Assembly: GCA_045047305.1 (NCBI GenBank)
Contig: JASFYO010000068.1
Location: 1-33,426, forward strand
Direction of reading: 5' to 3'
DNA length: 33,426 bases
From: Planctomycetota bacterium
Lineage (GTDB): Bacteria; Planctomycetota; UBA1135
Below, in pieces: positions 24,725 through 33,426 of the stretch; position 1 is the first letter of the stretch; each line of letters begins with the position of its first letter. The position numbers and the translations under genes were made by a program. The notes under the pieces were generated by a model, which saw only the letters and a list, made by a program, of their open reading frames with translations, did no database searches and was not told where the DNA came from.

Positions 24725-27676
24725 TTACTTCTTCAGCCAATCTCTCCACACCTGCGAACGCCTTTGCATTTCGTGGCGCGGAGTGCGGCTAAGGATGACG
24801 GGAGCGTCGATGCCGGTTAGGGCGAAGAGGAAGTAGCTCGTCAATGGACGCATGTAGGCTGGACCACGATCCATGATTTCCAGCAACACGGCAACCGACT
24901 CCTCTGCCGAAACTTTAGTGGGATCCTCAAATCCTATGGCCAAGTCGAAGCCAACATCAGCTGCTGCGCTACGTAGCCAATCCCCTGGACCTTGGGCCTG
25001 GTTATCCACCCACCATGCTTGATAAGTTCCGGCCGGGTCTGGCGTCAGGCGAAAGTCCACGGCAAAAGTCGAAGCCAGGGATTCCTGCAACTCGGTGTTA
25101 CGTGGGTCGCCGCCGAGTAGATTCATTAGATTTAATGCTGCAGATGGATCACCTAAGGCGCCTACAAGCACCGCCGCACGAGCGGCGATTTTAGGATTTG
25201 CATGAAGTAGGAACGGACGTAAAGCCGCGCGGGTTGCACCGGCACCACGATCCATGACCACACGGATGTAGCTGCTTTCTAGCGCACTTCCAGCGAAGGC
25301 AGGGAAAAGCTCCTGCAGAATGACGCCGGCCTCTGGCCCCGGAATCGCTGCAATCGCAGATACGGCAGAAACTCGAATCGCGACATCGGAGTCAAAGCAG
25401 GCCTGCTTTAGGATGTCGAGAGATTCAAGGGAACCCATACGTCCGAGCGCCCACAAAGTTTCGCGACGCAGTTCCGGTGACAAACCACGCGCGGCATAAG
25501 GAGTGATGGCTCCCCGCGCACTTGGGTTTGCGATTTCACCTAAACCGCGAATCGCTTGGCGTACGACCATCGGGTGGATGTCGTCGAGTGCCTCAATCAA
25601 TGGAGTGATTCCGGCATCGCCAGATTTACCCAAGGCACGCACTGCGGCAAGGCGGACGGTATGACGCTCATCGCCAAGTGTAGAAGTGATTTCCGGAATT
25701 GGAAAATCGCTCATCGCCTGGAACAGTAAATCGGAACGCATTGGCTCCTCCAGTCCAGACAACACGTCTAGGGTCGGCGCGAGTAACGCCTGGGTTGGGC
25801 GAGTCATCGCCATTTCCAGAATGCGTGGTGCAAGTTCCGACTGCGAAGCAAAGCGCGGCAAAACGTAAAGGAACTCCTCGCTCAAGGCGTCGGTCCAATA
25901 GGCTTCGCGTGCTGGAAGCTGCTCTAACTCACCGAGCCAATTGCTGAGGACGGAAGCATCTAGCGAAGAAATTCGCCCTGAAGACAATTCGAGCAAAGCT
26001 GCGGTACGCGCTTCGCCCTGCAAGGTAGCACCATCGAATTCATCCAAGCGCTCGCTGAGGAAACGACGCCCTTCAGCGTCTGCGGCAGCCAAGGCTTGCC
26101 ACGAAGTTTGTTGATAAAGCTCTTCCAGGCCGTCGGACAACTGACCGACCCATGGGCTTCCTGCACTGCCGCGGAAGTTGAGACGCTTACGCCGCGAGCC
26201 CACTTCAATATCGATGCTAAGGGAACGTGGTGCATTCGGTAGCCCAAGCGTGCCTGGAAGAAGACTGGCATCGAGCAAGCCAGCAGCGTTGATTAACTCC
26301 AAGAGTGCGGCTTGACCATGCGTGCCTAAATAGCGATCTTGCCCTTGCGCGACCAAAGGTCCGGCAAGGCTATGCGGCGCATTCTCACCAATCGACCAAA
26401 CCACACGCAACAGCTCAAGTTCCTCGGGCTTCACATCGATGTGACCGCGCACCATTCGGAAGGACTCACGGTTATCGCTAAGCCAAGTTATCCACGCTGA
26501 TCCGGCCTGATTTGGAAACTCCTCCCCAGTAATACGCCGCAAACTTGATTCGGCCAAAGGGGCAAAGCGCGCATATTGCGGATAAAAAACCACACCGCCG
26601 ACGGCACGCACCAGAGCAAATGGGAGCACTTGATCGAGGTCATGGTCTTCCTTTAGCAGAGCATCACGGAATACGCATTCGGCCAAGGTTGCGGCGCTTA
26701 CCCCACTGATGAAGGGATCATCCTCTTCCAGCATGATGCGCAGGCGTGGCTGCAAAGCGTCGGCAACTAAAAGAGCGCTGGTGGTGTTCTGCTGCAGCAA
26801 TAGAGCGTAAAGCAAATATGCCGATTCGATGGATGTCTCGGCACTCAGGATTTCCGTTTCTAGGTATTGCAAATCCTCGGCGCCACCTTTCCCTGTAAGC
26901 GCAGTAACCGCAACCATGGCAATCTCCACCGAGTCAGCAGTCAAAGCAGCACGTAAGCCACGCCTGGCGTCAGGATTGTCAGCATAATCAGCAAGCAAGC
27001 GTGCGGCGCGCAAACGCAAATCCTTGTCGCGGCCATACTGCAAGTATTGCAGGAATCTTGGAATGTACTCCGGATTCGGATTATCCGCTAAGCGCGACTC
27101 AAAAACCCCACGTACCGGATTACGCGGATGATCCAATCCTTTCGCTGCTGAGCGTGGCAGCTGACCATTGCCTAAACGGCGTGCAGTTTCCAAACAGACA
27201 CCCACCGCTTGGACGGCTTGCACTCGAGTTGCCGCCGTCACCAAGGCCTCGGCATCCTTGGGTTCTCCCACCCATTCCAAAATCTCTGCGGCCAGATGAA
27301 CCGAGGGCGCATACGGAGATTCCAACGCAAAAATCGCGGTCTCGCGGGTGCCTAGACCAAGGCCGCGAAGCTCTTCCAGATAGCGCTTACGAATGATGGC
27401 ACGATGATCCTGCTGCTGCTCGAAACGAATGAACAAATCGGCTGCTGGACCTGCGAAATCGGAGGTCAAGTCGTTGGCCCAATAAGATGGAATCAGTAAA
27501 TCTTGCTCCACGCCGGTCTCGGCGCTGACATCCTGCTCTCCCTTCTTGCTCTGCTCGGCGCTCTTTTCCGCTTTGGGCTTGGGCTTCGGCGGTAACTCCA
27601 AGCCTCCGCGTTGGGCAAATGCAGGGGCTCCCATAAGTAGGGAGATGAGAATTGGGAGCAGGAGGCGGTACGACAT
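24725..27676 (-). CDS. Large exported HEAT-repeat (alpha-solenoid) protein
   Basis: Signal peptide MSYRLLLPILISLLMGAPAFA-Q; repeats such as VRLAAVRALGK, VVRQAIRGLGEI, LRRETLWALGRM, IRVSAVSAIA; LRRITGEEF..W..W motif. ATG 27676 avoids overlap with recG. Confidence 0.88.
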   Translation of the reverse strand: MSYRLLLPILISLLMGAPAFAQRGGLELPPKPKPKAEKSAEQSKKGEQDVSAETGVEQDLLIPSYWANDLTSDFAGPAADLFIRFEQQQDHRAIIRKRYLEELRGLGLGTRETAIFALESPYAPSVHLAAEILEWVGEPKDAEALVTAATRVQAVQAVGVCLETARRLGNGQLPRSAAKGLDHPRNPVRGVFESRLADNPNPEYIPRFLQYLQYGRDKDLRLRAARLLADYADNPDARRGLRAALTADSVEIAMVAVTALTGKGGAEDLQYLETEILSAETSIESAYLLYALLLQQNTTSALLVADALQPRLRIMLEEDDPFISGVSAATLAECVFRDALLKEDHDLDQVLPFALVRAVGGVVFYPQYARFAPLAESSLRRITGEEFPNQAGSAWITWLSDNRESFRMVRGHIDVKPEELELLRVVWSIGENAPHSLAGPLVAQGQDRYLGTHGQAALLELINAAGLLDASLLPGTLGLPNAPRSLSIDIEVGSRRKRLNFRGSAGSPWVGQLSDGLEELYQQTSWQALAAADAEGRRFLSERLDEFDGATLQGEARTAALLELSSGRISSLDASVLSNWLGELEQLPAREAYWTDALSEEFLYVLPRFASQSELAPRILEMAMTRPTQALLAPTLDVLSGLEEPMRSDLLFQAMSDFPIPEITSTLGDERHTVRLAAVRALGKSGDAGITPLIEALDDIHPMVVRQAIRGLGEIANPSARGAITPYAARGLSPELRRETLWALGRMGSLESLDILKQACFDSDVAIRVSAVSAIAAIPGPEAGVILQELFPAFAGSALESSYIRVVMDRGAGATRAALRPFLLHANPKIAARAAVLVGALGDPSAALNLMNLLGGDPRNTELQESLASTFAVDFRLTPDPAGTYQAWWVDNQAQGPGDWLRSAAADVGFDLAIGFEDPTKVSAEESVAVLLEIMDRGPAYMRPLTSYFLFALTGIDAPVILSRTPRHEMQRRSQVWRDWLKK

Positions 27677-27713
27677 CGAATGACCCGGAGGACGGGCAAA
27701 AAGGCCGCCCATT

Positions 27714-29684
27714 CTACTCCTGGTCGGCAATCCAGTTTCGCAACTCTTGGCTACGTAATTGTTGGACCAGGTCATCGTCGCGGAGAGGGTCGAATGCGGA
27801 GAAACCGCTCGCGCCATGCTGACGTGTGCCTACAAGCGCGCCTGGGCCCCTTTCGCGCAAATCCAGGGCAGCAACGGCGAATCCATCGTGACAAGACTCC
27901 ATCGCCATGAGCCGTTCTTGCGACGCCTCACTAGCAGAAAAAATCCGACATTCTGCATCTGCACTCTCCGCCCCACGTGCCAAGCGCCCGCGTAACTGAT
28001 GGATAGAGGCCAGCCCTAAGCGCTCTCCACCAAGCAAAAACATGTGTTCCACGCCTGCGACATCGATGCCAACCTCCACCACCGTAGTCCCGCACAGGAC
28101 TGTGCTTTTCCCCTTACGGAAATCCTCGACTGCCGCCTCCACTTCCGCTCCTGGCAAACGCCCATGCACGATGCGATGCGAAATCCCTTTCCATGGCCCT
28201 TGGAAAAACCGCTCGGCCCAAGCGTGAAGCCCTTCCTCTCCATCGATGCGCGGCACCACCACAAAGCAACGCTGCCCCTGCTCCAACAAAACGCGCACTT
28301 TTTCGGCTTCTTCTCGCCATTGCGCTTCCGCCAAAACCCGAGTCACAATGCTTGCCCCTGCGCCGGCCCGTGCACGCAAAACACAAGGCTCCAAGGCTCC
28401 ATATTGCGCCCAAGCCAAGGTCCGAGGGATAGGAGTTGCAGTCATGGTGAGTACGTGAGGGGCATCTCCTTTTGCAACTAATGCCGCTTTCTGCCGCACA
28501 CCAAAGCGGTGCTGTTCGTCGAAGACCACCAAACGCAAATCGCGAAAGGCCACATCTTTGCTAAACAGAGCATGAGTTCCAATCGCAATTTGAGCGGTCC
28601 CACCACGCAAGGCCACCCGACACTGCCGCCGCGCCGCCACTCCATCATCCCCAAGTAATCCCACCACATGAAGACGACTCCCCTTCAGCCAGGCACGAAA
28701 AGTTTTTAGATGTTGCCGTGCAAGCAGTTCGGTTGGCGCCATCAGAGCGACCTGTCCTCCGTCCGCCGCGATCAATAAAGCCAAAGCAAATGCGACTGCC
28801 GTCTTGCCGCTGCCTACCTCCCCATGCAACAAACGGCCCATGACTTCTCCCGATGCCAAGTCCGTGCGCATCAAAGCCAAAACCTGCATTTGCTCAGGAT
28901 TCAGTTCAAATGGAATGCGCGACAGAATGCGCTCCCACACCTCTGCTTTTTCTTCGATGGGGTAAGCCAACCGCACCGCCCTTCCACGTTGACGACGCAC
29001 TTCCATCGCCAGCATCTCTCCAAACGCCAAGCGTCGACGCGCACCTTGAGCATCTTCTTCACTTGCCGGAGCATGCAGGATTTGTAGAGCTTGGGGCAAG
29101 GACGGGACGTCGGCCAAAGCCAAAATGGAATCGGGCAACGGTTCTGGGACTTCGCTCATCCACTCTGCTGCCGCCACCATGGCACGGCGCACAGCTCCTT
29201 TAGGCAGCCCTTCATAATCGGAATACACCGCCCGTAATCCCTGGCGCTCCGCCTCTTCTGCCACCACATTTTTCGGCGCTATAAGCTTTAATCCACGCTC
29301 GGTGGAAACTTTGGCTTCCAGCCATAATTCCTTTCCTTCGACGAATTGTTTGCGCCGGTATGCCTGATTGAAGAATAGCGCGAGAGCTGTCGTATCTCCT
29401 TGCTGCAACTTCACTTGAAGCACAGATCGCCGGCCGCGGCCCCAAATAGAGCAGCCTAAAACAGTACCCCGTAAGCGCACGATTTCTCCCTCATGCTGAT
29501 CGAGCTCGGAGAGCTCATATTGCAGTGGAATTCCCTCATAACGGCGCGGCAAAATACGCAATAATTGCTCGATTAAGCGCACTCCAAGCACTTTTTCGAA
29601 GGCCTCGGCTCGTTTGGGACCCACCCCCGAAAGCGCCGTCAACGGATCCTTCGAACTCCTCTCAGGGACCACCTTGGGGCACAT
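27714..29684 (-). CDS. recG: ATP-dependent DNA helicase RecG
   Basis: LSGVGPKRA, OB wedge (LFFNQAY), ARRRLAFGE, RLLHGEVGSGKT, MAPTELLARQH, DEQHRFGVRQ, MTATPIPRTL, TTVVEVGIDV, HQLRGR, DLRERGPG..GTRQHG. Confidence 0.97.
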   Translation of the reverse strand: MCPKVVPERSSKDPLTALSGVGPKRAEAFEKVLGVRLIEQLLRILPRRYEGIPLQYELSELDQHEGEIVRLRGTVLGCSIWGRGRRSVLQVKLQQGDTTALALFFNQAYRRKQFVEGKELWLEAKVSTERGLKLIAPKNVVAEEAERQGLRAVYSDYEGLPKGAVRRAMVAAAEWMSEVPEPLPDSILALADVPSLPQALQILHAPASEEDAQGARRRLAFGEMLAMEVRRQRGRAVRLAYPIEEKAEVWERILSRIPFELNPEQMQVLALMRTDLASGEVMGRLLHGEVGSGKTAVAFALALLIAADGGQVALMAPTELLARQHLKTFRAWLKGSRLHVVGLLGDDGVAARRQCRVALRGGTAQIAIGTHALFSKDVAFRDLRLVVFDEQHRFGVRQKAALVAKGDAPHVLTMTATPIPRTLAWAQYGALEPCVLRARAGAGASIVTRVLAEAQWREEAEKVRVLLEQGQRCFVVVPRIDGEEGLHAWAERFFQGPWKGISHRIVHGRLPGAEVEAAVEDFRKGKSTVLCGTTVVEVGIDVAGVEHMFLLGGERLGLASIHQLRGRLARGAESADAECRIFSASEASQERLMAMESCHDGFAVAALDLRERGPGALVGTRQHGASGFSAFDPLRDDDLVQQLRSQELRNWIADQE

Positions 29685-29750
29685 GTTTTAGGGAATTTTA
29701 GTTTTTCTTAGAGAAATCAGTTACCCCAGTTAGCTCCTGGCGTAAATACA

Positions 29751-29856
29751 GGCGTTGGTCGACCATTCGGGGGGATGGTCCCAACCCTTCTCAAGCCTCA
29801 CAGCTTTTGAAGGTTAGAGCGCTCAATCCGGGGGGATTGCAGCGCTCTTTCCTTTT
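29751..29856 (+). ncRNA. Candidate small structured RNA with three tandem hairpins, two sharing an AUYC-GGGG-GGAU apex (strand tentative)
   Basis: GACCATTC-GGGG-GGATGGTC (29761-29780); CCTTC..AAGC-CTCACA-GCTT..GAAGG (29786-29813); AGAGCGCTCAATCC-GGGG-GGATTG(C)AGCGCTCT (29816-29848) followed by TTCCTTTT. Confidence 0.5.
29816..29856 (+). terminator. Intrinsic terminator-like hairpin, possibly bidirectional
   Basis: 14-bp stem with one bulge and a pyrimidine/U-rich tail on +; lies 8 nt past the stop of the minus-strand lipoprotein gene. Confidence 0.6.
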
Positions 29857-30180
29857 CTAGTCGGCGGCATGCACCGTCACATGGATGTCGTCGCGGTCAT
29901 AAGTCACGCTATCGACGCCAGCTGGAATCGAAGCCACCTCTTCTCCATCGATCAGGATTCGATTGCCATCCACCAGAATTTTAATGCCGGCAGTATAAAA
30001 CGTAGCCCGGTTGTGCTCGTCGTCATGGTTCATTTTGATGGAAGACCGATCACTCACGACCTTAGCCTGCCAACCAGAAGCCAGGGTCACTGTGGCACTG
30101 CTATTGGTGGTGGTGAGGGAGTAAGAGCTGCAACTCGGCAGAAAAGCGAGAAGAAGGAGCGGTAAGAAAAGCAAGCGCAT
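29857..30180 (-). CDS. Small hypothetical lipoprotein (beta-rich)
   Basis: MRLLFLPLLLLAFLPSC lipobox; ATG 30180 chosen; TATACT about 33 nt upstream. Confidence 0.75.
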   Translation of the reverse strand: MRLLFLPLLLLAFLPSCSSYSLTTTNSSATVTLASGWQAKVVSDRSSIKMNHDDEHNRATFYTAGIKILVDGNRILIDGEEVASIPAGVDSVTYDRDDIHVTVHAAD

Positions 30181-30265
30181 GATGTCCGTACGAGGAAATG
30201 GGGCCTCCGATGCAGTATAGCCAGAACGATTTCGGCGAAAGCCCCCGACCAAGTAAAAAGGGGAA

Positions 30266-31057
30266 GTGGATTTTCACACCCAATACGGCCCATGGGCCTT
30301 GGTCACCGGCGCCTCCGCAGGGCTCGGCAAGTGCTACGCGCGCCAACTAGCCGCCAAGCAGCTCAACTTGGTTTTGCTTGCTCGTCGTGGGGACCGATTA
30401 GAAAGCCTGGCCGACGACATCCGCGCAGAATATGACGTGGAAGTGCGCTGCATGGCCGTCGACCTTTTAGCCGACGACGCCCTGACTCAAATCCGATCCG
30501 CCCTGTCCGAGCTCGAAGTGGGTTTATTGGTCAACAACGCCGGCTTTGGCTTCAAAGGCGATTTCCTCAGCGCCAAGGCCGACTGTTTGCGCGACATGGT
30601 GCGGTTGAACTGTGAGATACCAACCTTACTTTGCCATCAGCTACTTCCGGCCATGGTCCAGCGCAAACGAGGTGGCGTCATCAATTTGGCAAGCGTTGCA
30701 TCCTTTCAACCAACACCCTATATGTCGGTGTACGGCGCGACCAAGGGTTTTGATCTTTTACTATCGGAAGCCTTGTCGGTAGAAATGAAAAGCTCGGGTG
30801 TTCACCTACTGGCGGTTTGTCCTGGCCCCACGGATACAGAGTTTCACGCGGTCGCCGGTGGCATTGCTACTTTTGGAACCATGGCGGACCCGGAGCACGT
30901 GGTGATGCAAAGTCTGAAATACCTCGGCCGCAGAATCTCCTTCCTTCACGGTTGGCGCAACCGCTTACTTTGCTTCCCCAATCGTCTGGTGCCACGCAGT
31001 TGGGTGGCTGCGGTTAGCGGCAAGGTGATTCAGGGAAGTAGCAAAGAAATTCGCTAG
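30266..31057 (+). CDS. Short-chain dehydrogenase/reductase (DltE/17-beta-HSD12-like)
   Basis: YGPWALVTGASAGLG, LLVNNAGFG, YGATK, VCPGPTDTEF; GTG start. Confidence 0.94.
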   Translation: MDFHTQYGPWALVTGASAGLGKCYARQLAAKQLNLVLLARRGDRLESLADDIRAEYDVEVRCMAVDLLADDALTQIRSALSELEVGLLVNNAGFGFKGDFLSAKADCLRDMVRLNCEIPTLLCHQLLPAMVQRKRGGVINLASVASFQPTPYMSVYGATKGFDLLLSEALSVEMKSSGVHLLAVCPGPTDTEFHAVAGGIATFGTMADPEHVVMQSLKYLGRRISFLHGWRNRLLCFPNRLVPRSWVAAVSGKVIQGSSKEIR

Positions 31058-31582
31058 TCAATCGTTCTCGAAGGTGCCGGCAAAACTAATTTCGCCTGGC
31101 TTCAAGCGGGTTAAGTAATCGAAGAGTGGAATGACGTCGCCGTAGACCACGCCTTTGCGGGCATCGATGCTGACTGGAGTGTATTGCATGTCCTTTTGAT
31201 AGTAGTCCAGCATGGCAGCGAGCCCTGGAACCGGAAACCGCGCATCCTTGACTGCGAAAGGATCAAAGAAAAACTTTTGCGCGCCAAGCTCCACACGAAT
31301 GCGACGGCCTTGATATTGCCAGCGAGCGGAGCCTCGGCCTTCGCCAGTATCAACCAGGACTCCGGGATCGGCAACGAACAGCAAAAAGTCTAGGCGGTCG
31401 CGGCAATCCATCGGCCCGCAGCTGATGACCCCACGATCTTTAGGCAAGGCCGAATCCAGCACGCCCTCGTAAGTCACAAACTTCATGCTGCCGATAAAGA
31501 ACACCAGCATAAGGAAGGTGATATCCACCATTGGGGTCAAATTTGGACGCGTAGGCGGAGGCTGGAGCGGAAGCTTGCGCAT
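31058..31582 (-). CDS. ExbD/TolR family biopolymer transport protein (orphan)
   Basis: PNLTPMVDITFLMLVFFI (conserved TM Asp), EGVLDSALPK, VSIDARKGVVYGDVI. Confidence 0.85.
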   Translation of the reverse strand: MRKLPLQPPPTRPNLTPMVDITFLMLVFFIGSMKFVTYEGVLDSALPKDRGVISCGPMDCRDRLDFLLFVADPGVLVDTGEGRGSARWQYQGRRIRVELGAQKFFFDPFAVKDARFPVPGLAAMLDYYQKDMQYTPVSIDARKGVVYGDVIPLFDYLTRLKPGEISFAGTFEND

Positions 31583-31689
31583 AAGGAATGTTAGAGCTCC
31601 TGCGGCACCCGGTTTCTGGGTTTATGCAAGGCGCTGCGCGATGTATTCCGTTCCACAATAAAAGTTCCCGCCCATTCCCAGAAACTGCT

Positions 31690-33426
31690 TTACGAATCCC
31701 TTACTCGTTCGAGAATCCAATCGACTGGTAAGAGCAAGTGCGTCGGCTTATCAGCCGCGACCTCCACTAACTTTGATTCGCCGAGCATGGTGAACCCAAA
31801 AACATAAAGGCCATCTACCTCTCCTTCTACACTCCAAGAGTAGCGACCGAGGCAAGGTACCTTGAGCTTGAACTTGCCATCGCTCGGTACCTTTACATCT
31901 TCGAGCTCGAATCCGGGACCACGGAATCGAGCGGAGACGAGGCCTATTTTATAAGTGATTTCTGAAGGTAAATCCCTCATGCCATCCAATACGAACTCGA
32001 CTTCAAGGCCGGGATCAAGCACGACGTAATTCCGGCCGGGAAGCAAATCGACCTCTTTCAGTGCAAAGCCTGGGGCCCCAATCACCGCATGAAAGCTTGG
32101 CTCGGGGGTCACCAAAATGATGCGCTCATCTGGTCTCCATTGAGTCTGGCCAAAGCCGCCTCCTTCGATATGCACAGAAACATGAGTGGGTTGCACCCCT
32201 GCCCCGCCCTCAACAAAGATTTCCATTTGGTTAAGCTTCCCCGCCAAGTCAATCGATAGGAGGCGTGAATCAGCGCCCTCGCCTACACGATACGGCATGA
32301 CATCCTCAATCGTATGCAGGGTGCTAAACCCACGGCGACTTTTGACCTTCACCTTTCCCAAATCTCGATGCAGTCCAGTCAAGCGAAAGCTTCCATCCTC
32401 TTGCAGATTGGTTGTGGATCGTAATCCTCTGTTTTCCTCACTAGTATCACTGCGGAATTCAACACTCAAAAGGCTGGTGTCAAAATCAGGTTCTAACCGT
32501 ACCCTGCCAGCTAGCTCGAAGCCCGTGCCATAATCTAGAACCAAATATTCATCGCCAACTTCAAACGAATCATAGCGGTGATAAGCCTCATGCTGAGGGG
32601 GCGCAATGCGCAATAGCCCAATGGCTGGATTAGCGGGGAACTGACATATAAAGTTACCTCTGTCATCGCAGAAGGCGCGCTGATACTCCTCCCAAGAAGA
32701 AGGGTCTGCTAAATCCGCGCTTACACGCTGTTCCACTTCTAGCTCCAACGCCATAAGCTCCTTAGCAGTCAAGCCGATAACCCGGCCACTGACAAGTAAC
32801 TCATCGGAACTCAAGGTCATAGTTCCAATACGATTAGAAAGTTCCAGTTTTTTTGGCTGCACGAGCAAACGCCCCGTCAGCGAAGATGACACCGGGTCAA
32901 GTAAAAGAGCGGCTTCCATTGCAAGAGACTTCAAGCTCTCGCTGCCGAGAAAGAGACTTCCTGAATCGATAAAGTCGACATCACCATTGGCGTCACTTCG
33001 CAAAACCAAGGCTCGGGGAGTCCAGTTCCCACCTTCCACCCGAGCCAAATGAAACTGAAACTCCGTATCAGCTTTGGGTTGTCCGTCGGGGCCTTCCATG
33101 CGCAGCAAGATGTGCTTCTCCTCTAGCAAGGGAGCTATTTCCACAATAAGGTGTTCACCAGGCTCGCTAGGGCCACGAACGGCAAGGTAAGTAGAATCCA
33201 GGCCATCGAGTTGGCGAATATGGATGAGCAAATCAAGGCCCAAACCGATGCACGGCAAAGATGCGCTTCCCTCTCGGAGAAAACTGTACAACTCGAGGCT
33301 ATCTGAATCATCAAACGCGGCCTTAAGTTGCTGAAGGTTGCGGCCAGCTTGCGGGTCGGGGTCGATGACAACCTCGACTAAATATTCCTTGTCGGGTAAA
33401 TAAGGGACGCCTTCGGCAAGCTGCAC
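31690..33426 (-). CDS. Large hypothetical protein with tandem beta-sandwich (carboxypeptidase-regulatory-like) segments; partial, 5' end beyond the right edge
   Basis: At least 578 open codons; recurring segments such as GPDGQP, SDANGDV, VSGRVI, DDRGNF, LAGRV, EDGSFRLTGL, APGFA, SDGKFKL. Confidence 0.7.
   Translation of the reverse strand: MQLAEGVPYLPDKEYLVEVVIDPDPQAGRNLQQLKAAFDDSDSLELYSFLREGSASLPCIGLGLDLLIHIRQLDGLDSTYLAVRGPSEPGEHLIVEIAPLLEEKHILLRMEGPDGQPKADTEFQFHLARVEGGNWTPRALVLRSDANGDVDFIDSGSLFLGSESLKSLAMEAALLLDPVSSSLTGRLLVQPKKLELSNRIGTMTLSSDELLVSGRVIGLTAKELMALELEVEQRVSADLADPSSWEEYQRAFCDDRGNFICQFPANPAIGLLRIAPPQHEAYHRYDSFEVGDEYLVLDYGTGFELAGRVRLEPDFDTSLLSVEFRSDTSEENRGLRSTTNLQEDGSFRLTGLHRDLGKVKVKSRRGFSTLHTIEDVMPYRVGEGADSRLLSIDLAGKLNQMEIFVEGGAGVQPTHVSVHIEGGGFGQTQWRPDERIILVTPEPSFHAVIGAPGFALKEVDLLPGRNYVVLDPGLEVEFVLDGMRDLPSEITYKIGLVSARFRGPGFELEDVKVPSDGKFKLKVPCLGRYSWSVEGEVDGLYVFGFTMLGESKLVEVAADKPTHLLLPVDWILERVRDS

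Noticed and set aside
29751..29856. tRNA, SRP RNA or 6S RNA identity for the hairpin cluster
   Set aside because: No cloverleaf, TTC loop or CCA end, no SRP domain IV motif, and no single long bulged rod.
1..33426. CRISPR arrays, IS elements, prophage, defence or toxin-antitoxin genes
   Set aside because: No regularly spaced repeats and no transposase, integrase, capsid, Cas or nuclease motifs seen by eye; the other short ORFs in the track are overlapping or antisense shadows of the called genes.

Overview
A gene-dense chromosomal window with about 28 protein-coding genes and no rRNA, tRNA, CRISPR array, transposase, integrase or phage genes that I can see. The coaE-rho pair, an orphan planctomycete-style ExbD, a secreted HEAT-repeat protein and a membrane-anchored coiled-coil/BRCT-like protein suggest a PVC-superphylum host, probably Planctomycetota (inference). 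Core genes are coaE, rho, trxB, an ArfB-like rescue factor and recG. Accessory genes include three metallopeptidases (M32, M16, M1), two [2Fe-2S] ferredoxins, an SLT, a GGDEF protein, an SGNH esterase, two SDRs, an SLC13 permease and a MOSC protein. The ORF track misses a long minus-strand gene at the left edge. I cannot demonstrate a complete new system. The best leads are: (1) a candidate small structured RNA between recG and a lipoprotein gene with two copies of an AUYC-GGGG-GGAU hairpin; (2) a Rho with an eroded primary RNA-binding site and a poly-Arg N-terminus; (3) a SenB/GLT1D1-like glycosyltransferase coupled to rho; (4) a DUF2961/GH172-like protein lacking its catalytic segment; (5) a degenerate HD-domain gene in front of a diguanylate cyclase; (6) a tight HEAT-SLT-ferredoxin-ferredoxin-M1 operon; (7) repeated leaderless-type promoters. 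All family calls are from motif recognition by eye; no database searches were run.
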